Notes under the pieces: model-generated
Seen by the model: only the letters and a program-made list of their open reading frames with translations
What the model was told of the DNA's origin: nothing
Databases searched by the model: none
Source of the DNA: Eledone cirrhosa
Lineage: Eukaryota
Length of the DNA: 64,000 nucleotides
Direction of reading: 5' to 3'
Assembly (NCBI GenBank): GCA_964016885.1
Contig: OZ024741.1
Location: forward strand, 132,804,001-132,868,000
In this document: positions 59,416 to 64,000 of the stretch, piece by piece
Layout of the letters: each line of letters begins with the position of its first letter
Numbering within the stretch: the stretch's first letter is position 1
Translations under genes and position numbers: made by a program

Positions 59416-61569
59416 ATGCGAAAACACAACATTGACTTCTCTACCAAGAACATCCCAATCCCACCGAAAAAACTTTACCTTCGGATGCTCACGCAAAAAA
59501 TCGATCTATTTGCGAAAAGACTTAGATGGAGAACTTTTTTCTATGACAGATATTGCGACAACCAAGACTTCGGCACCAAGGAGAGATTCGGATTTATTAC
59601 CTACAAATCTCCGCCCCTGAACCCCTTGCTCGCACCCTTCGAGAATGACCTCTTCCAACTGGTCAAGAACATTAAATTTAAACCCAGACACAACCGATTC
59701 CTACAAAAACTCCGTAGCAACCTAACAGAGTATGATAACACAAATGACATCATGGTGCATTCGGATAAAACTGGGAACCTATACTTTGTCAACCCTGACA
59801 GATACCACACACTGATCAGGAGCAGCCTAAACTCCACCTATAAAAAGGCCAACCACTCTTGCATCGAGGACATAAATCGAGATGGACAACAAATCACCTC
59901 CAGCCTCGGGGTCGCCGACCGCACGGAACCTCTAGACCCACGGACACCATACTTCACACTGAAGGACCATAAATCCGATTTTGACCGTAAACCCTCTATC
60001 AGGCTTATTAACCCAACGAAGTCCGACATAGGGAGAATCAGCAAAAAAATCCTAGACCGCGTGATACCAAAAGTCAAGCAACACACCCGACTTAGCCTAT
60101 GGATCAACACCCAGGAAGTAATCTCCTGGTTCAGCAATATGGAGGATAAACGAGAAACTAAATTCATACAGTTCGACATAGAGAGCTACTATGCTTCAAT
60201 CACCTTACCGCTACTTACTGCCGCCTTGGACTTCGCCGAAACACTTGTGCCCATCACCGACCAGGAAAGAAAAATCATCCTCCACGCCAGGAAGACAGTC
60301 TTACTCTTTGACGACTCTAAATGGATAAAAAGAGCTCCCGACTCACCCTTCGACGTCAGCATGGGCGCCACCGATTCGGCGGAGGTCACAGATCTTATAG
60401 GATTATTCCTAATAGCCAAACTCACTGATATGTTTCCTGCATTCGGTGGTGGATTGTACCGTGATGATGGGCTCCTTACCCTTAAAGGGTACAACCCCAG
60501 TAGTACAGATCGGGTCCGGAAACAATTAATCAGATTCTTCCGCGACTGGGGATTTAAAATAACCATACAAACGTCCCTGACCAGAGTAAACTTCCTGGAC
60601 GTGACCCTCGACCTCGAAAACGACCTGTACTACCCATACAGGAAACCTAATGACAATCTGCACTACATCCACCGCCGATCAAACCATCCTAGGAACATCA
60701 CAAACAACCTGGTCAAAAACATCTCCCTCCGCATATCCCGTTTGTCAGCTAATGAGCGGATATTCGATGAACATGCGCCTTATTACAACCAGGCCCTCAA
60801 GCGGAGTGGTTTCCGGGAGGAAATATCCTACTGTCCAGCTCCCATTAGCGGAACCAGCAGGAGACACCGCCGCTCACGCAATGTTACTTGGTTCAATCCT
60901 CCCCACAACGCAGAGGTGACAACTCCCATCGGGAAACTATTCTTTAGGCTCATTGAAAAACACTTCCCATTACAACACCGCTACCACAACATAATTAACA
61001 AAAATACCATCAAACTCTCTTACAGCACTACACCAAACTTCGCACAAAACATCGTCTCCTCTAACAACAAAAAACTCAACCCCGATGGCAGAAATAACCT
61101 AAATAGCAGTGGAGAACCGACCAGGAGGTGTAACTGCCCGGATAGATCTATCTGCCCACTCGACAATAGATGCAGAGACCGTAATGTGATCTACCAGTGC
61201 AACGTGAGGACGGATACCTCCAACAAAGCCTATATAGGACTTACCGCATGTGACTTCAAGACCCGGCTATACCAACATAGACATACCTTCCGAAACCCGG
61301 CCCGGCGTCACGCCACTACACTCTCGGGCCACATATGGGACCTCAAGGACAACAACATCACCTATGATCTCACTTGGAGATTACTGTCCAGAGCCAATTC
61401 TTACACGGGGGGACGCCGTCCGTGCAATTTATGCTCGGAGGAAACTTTACAAATGCTGTTTTCGACGGACCAACTCCTAAACAAGAAAGATGAACTGGTT
61501 ACTGCATGTAAACATAGATTGCGTAGGACTTACCTCGCCCTCAAACCCCATAATGACCCGGGGGGGTAG
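59416..61569 (+). CDS. PLE reverse transcriptase + GIY-YIG endonuclease (about 717 aa from the first ATG; frame open from 59269)
   Basis: FSTKNIP, SDKTGN (DKG motif), IRLIN, FDIESYY, SMGA, LYRDDGL, FLDV, YRKP, CNCPDRSICPLDNRC linker, VIY..YIGLT..FKTRLYQH, CNLCSEE, LNKKDE..CKHR. Confidence 0.95.
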   Translation: MRKHNIDFSTKNIPIPPKKLYLRMLTQKIDLFAKRLRWRTFFYDRYCDNQDFGTKERFGFITYKSPPLNPLLAPFENDLFQLVKNIKFKPRHNRFLQKLRSNLTEYDNTNDIMVHSDKTGNLYFVNPDRYHTLIRSSLNSTYKKANHSCIEDINRDGQQITSSLGVADRTEPLDPRTPYFTLKDHKSDFDRKPSIRLINPTKSDIGRISKKILDRVIPKVKQHTRLSLWINTQEVISWFSNMEDKRETKFIQFDIESYYASITLPLLTAALDFAETLVPITDQERKIILHARKTVLLFDDSKWIKRAPDSPFDVSMGATDSAEVTDLIGLFLIAKLTDMFPAFGGGLYRDDGLLTLKGYNPSSTDRVRKQLIRFFRDWGFKITIQTSLTRVNFLDVTLDLENDLYYPYRKPNDNLHYIHRRSNHPRNITNNLVKNISLRISRLSANERIFDEHAPYYNQALKRSGFREEISYCPAPISGTSRRHRRSRNVTWFNPPHNAEVTTPIGKLFFRLIEKHFPLQHRYHNIINKNTIKLSYSTTPNFAQNIVSSNNKKLNPDGRNNLNSSGEPTRRCNCPDRSICPLDNRCRDRNVIYQCNVRTDTSNKAYIGLTACDFKTRLYQHRHTFRNPARRHATTLSGHIWDLKDNNITYDLTWRLLSRANSYTGGRRPCNLCSEETLQMLFSTDQLLNKKDELVTACKHRLRRTYLALKPHNDPGG

Positions 61570-62692
61570 ACTAGGGCTATAACACCCCACTTGCTGACTT
61601 TGCAATGGGTAACCCCTGCTTGCCAAGGGAGACGTAAGATCTTCTTTGTATTCTTTTATCGCTTCCTTTATTTCCTTCCTTCCTCCCTCTCTCCTTAGTC
61701 CTTCTACCCCAGCTCTTCTCCTTTGTCGACGTCTTTTCTCGCCCACCCGAGGCTGCCCTTTGGCCCCTTGTAGCCTTAGTACCCCTACCCCCTCCCCTAG
61801 TCTAGGATAGATTTGGCGGACTCCGCCCTTTATAGCAGTTGGTTTAGACCCCGGATACTTGTCCCCTTTTTCCGACCGCTCCCACTATTCTCTGTGCCCT
61901 CTATATTTCTTAGTGGCACTTATGCCTTATTTTTTCGTTTCAGTATTTCTTTCTTCGCTTTTCTTTTGGGCGGGGTGGATTCTGAATTTATTCTTCCGTA
62001 TTCTACCTTTACTTCGTACGAACTTTCATGTAGCTTGTTTTAGATCTTTTAGAGTTAGCATTAGTATATATTTTTCTCGGGACTCAGAATTATTATCTCG
62101 TATTAGTTCACTTTGCTGCACTGGGTGGTGGCTGGAATTGTGCCCGGGATGGAAACCTTTATTGTCTATTTCGTGGTAGTCTCTTTAGTATTTTGGCCTT
62201 TGTTGACCCGTCACCGTATCATTTACGTACTTATACCTCTTAAAAGGGTCCTCGCCTTTTTCGTCCCACCTAGTTCTTTTACTTATTTCGTTATTTCTTT
62301 ATTTCTTTCTTTACTTCTTTCTTTCTTTATTTATTTATTTATTCCAGACTAACAATAGCTAGAGACCTAGGTCGTAGAATTTAATTTACTTTACTTCTTT
62401 CTTTACACTCATTTGTTTTTCTTTACACTTATTTGCTTTTCTTCACTCTTTCCTATATATTTCTACCCCCCATTGTTCTACCTACCGTTCCGACTTCCTC
62501 CCCCTCCCCCTCCCTTGTATCTTCTTTGACCTCATGCCCAGCTGTAGCTGGCACTACAAACGCTTGATTGGGGCTACTCCACCCCCTCCCCTCTTTCTCC
62601 TACTGGCTGGTTTAGCCACCATCTCCCCTACTAATTTGCAACCACAGAATTACTACTGATTTTTGACAATCACTTTGACCATATATGGAATT

Positions 62693-62786
62693 ACCCCTTG
62701 AGAAGATCGGCTATTTAAATACCAGGATAAATTTTCATTTAGTCCAGAATTAGCCGTCGAAACGGCTTGAGCTCAGCTGTCGGGGT
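62693..62786 (+). ncRNA. Second, identical hammerhead (3' pLTR)
   Basis: Same sequence as 59137-59230. Confidence 0.8.
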
Positions 62787-62844
62787 CTTACTGGTTCCTA
62801 TTATATATACATATATATATATACATATATATATATACATATAC

Positions 62845-62877
<33 letters not shown>

Positions 62878-62938
62878 CACATATATACATATATATACAT
62901 ATATATATATATATATACATATATACATATACATATAC

Positions 62939-62989
<51 letters not shown>

Positions 62990-63002
62990 CATATATATAT
63001 AC

Positions 63003-63033
<31 letters not shown>

Positions 63034-63073
63034 CATATATATATATACATATATATATATACATATATATACA

Positions 63074-63143
<70 letters not shown>

Positions 63144-63149
63144 CATATA

Positions 63150-63344
63150 TAACGAAGGAAATGTGGTAAGGAACCAGGTGGACCATAACGCACCAAAGTA
63201 CTCAATACTTGAGGTAGTAGAGTGGGTAATAGGAACCAGTAAGACCCCGACAGCTGAGCTCAAGCCGTTTCGACGGCTAATTCTGTCCAGAATTAGCCGT
63301 CGAAACGGCTTGAGCTCAGCTGTCGGGGTCTTACTGGTTCCTAT
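63150..63344. mobile_element. Tiny fold-back insertion of the same PLE family
   Basis: 63150-63285 is the reverse complement of about 59189-59325, and 63286-63344 is a forward copy of about 59187-59244; flanked by TA arrays. Confidence 0.9.
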
Positions 63345-63348
63345 ATAC

Positions 63349-63411
<63 letters not shown>

Positions 63412-63842
63412 CATATACATATATATATATATATACATATATAAGATCAAAAGATGGTTAAAGGAGTTCCATGTATTTTATTATGCGCATTTCAAAAGCA
63501 AACATCATCATGCAATAATATTTGTGTTTTCATCAGATAAAACAGGAGAACATGATATGAAGGCTAAAAAACACTTGTGGATAGTGCAGTTTTAAATCAA
63601 CATTAATCTTATATTATGTATACTCTAGTCCTACAAACTGTAGAGTGCTTATTATGTATACTCTAGTCCTACAAACTGTAGAGTGCTTCTTATCCGATAT
63701 CTGCATTGCTTTATTGTACTACAATAAAACTCACCTCCTACATATATATACATATATATATACATATATATATATACATATATATATATACATATATATA
63801 TATACATATATATATATACATATATAAATATATATATATATA

Positions 63843-64000
63843 TATTGTTATACTTTGGGAGGGTTATGTTGCCAATAAGAAACACATGCACCAGTTGCTT
63901 TCACAGTTGTTTCACAGAAACAAGATGGCGTAGGACAGAACAACGAAGAGGCACAAAAACAAAGAAAAGAATCCCCAGTCACTGAAGAAGTCACAGAATG
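63843..64000. mobile_element. PLE pLTR fragment of the 9635-10032 family (runs off the right edge)
   Basis: TATTGTTATACTTTGGGAGGG..GCCAATAAGAAACACATGCACCAG and GAATCCCCAGTCACTGAAGAAGTCACAGAATG. Confidence 0.65.

Larger units (their letters stand above)
58511..62803 (+). mobile_element. Apparently intact Penelope-like retroelement (Naiad-like): pLTR-ORF-pLTR with a short 5' inversion
   Basis: Direct repeats 58526-59247 and 62078-62803 are nearly identical (two small indels seen). Single RT+GIY-YIG ORF, hammerhead in each repeat, 5' palindrome AATAATTCTGAGTCCC|GGGACTCAGAATTATT, TA arrays on both sides. Confidence 0.93.

Noticed and set aside
59416-62077. Selenoprotein/SECIS as described for some Naiad elements
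   Set aside because: The ORF has no in-frame TGA and ends in TAG; no convincing SECIS seen by eye
58526-62803. LTR retrotransposon
   Set aside because: No TG..CA ends, PBS/PPT, gag or integrase; the RT + GIY-YIG ORF and hammerheads identify pLTRs of a PLE

Overview
AT-rich animal (eukaryotic) genomic DNA. The SINE/RTE/microsatellite landscape suggests an octopod cephalopod; this is inference, not a database result. The only host-gene exon I can support is a 108-nt minus-strand exon (35352-35459) encoding the N-terminal RPEL motif of a PHACTR-family protein, so much of the window is probably intron. The rest is mobile DNA and repeats: an apparently open RTE-clade LINE ORF running off the left edge, many truncated RTE/CR1 pieces, tRNA-derived SINEs, a Helitron-type element, a deleted mariner, TTAA MITEs and kb-scale (TA)n/(TAC) arrays. 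The highlight is an apparently intact Penelope-like retroelement (PLE; Naiad-like RT + GIY-YIG, about 717 aa, 58511-62803). Each of its two pseudo-LTRs carries a hammerhead ribozyme with a non-canonical U3-A8 core (UUGAGAA). At least seven further hammerhead-like motifs from unrelated families occur in the window, most beside TA tracts. A U6 snRNA fragment is fused to a CR1 LINE. All long Ile/Tyr-rich ORFs in the track are microsatellite artefacts.
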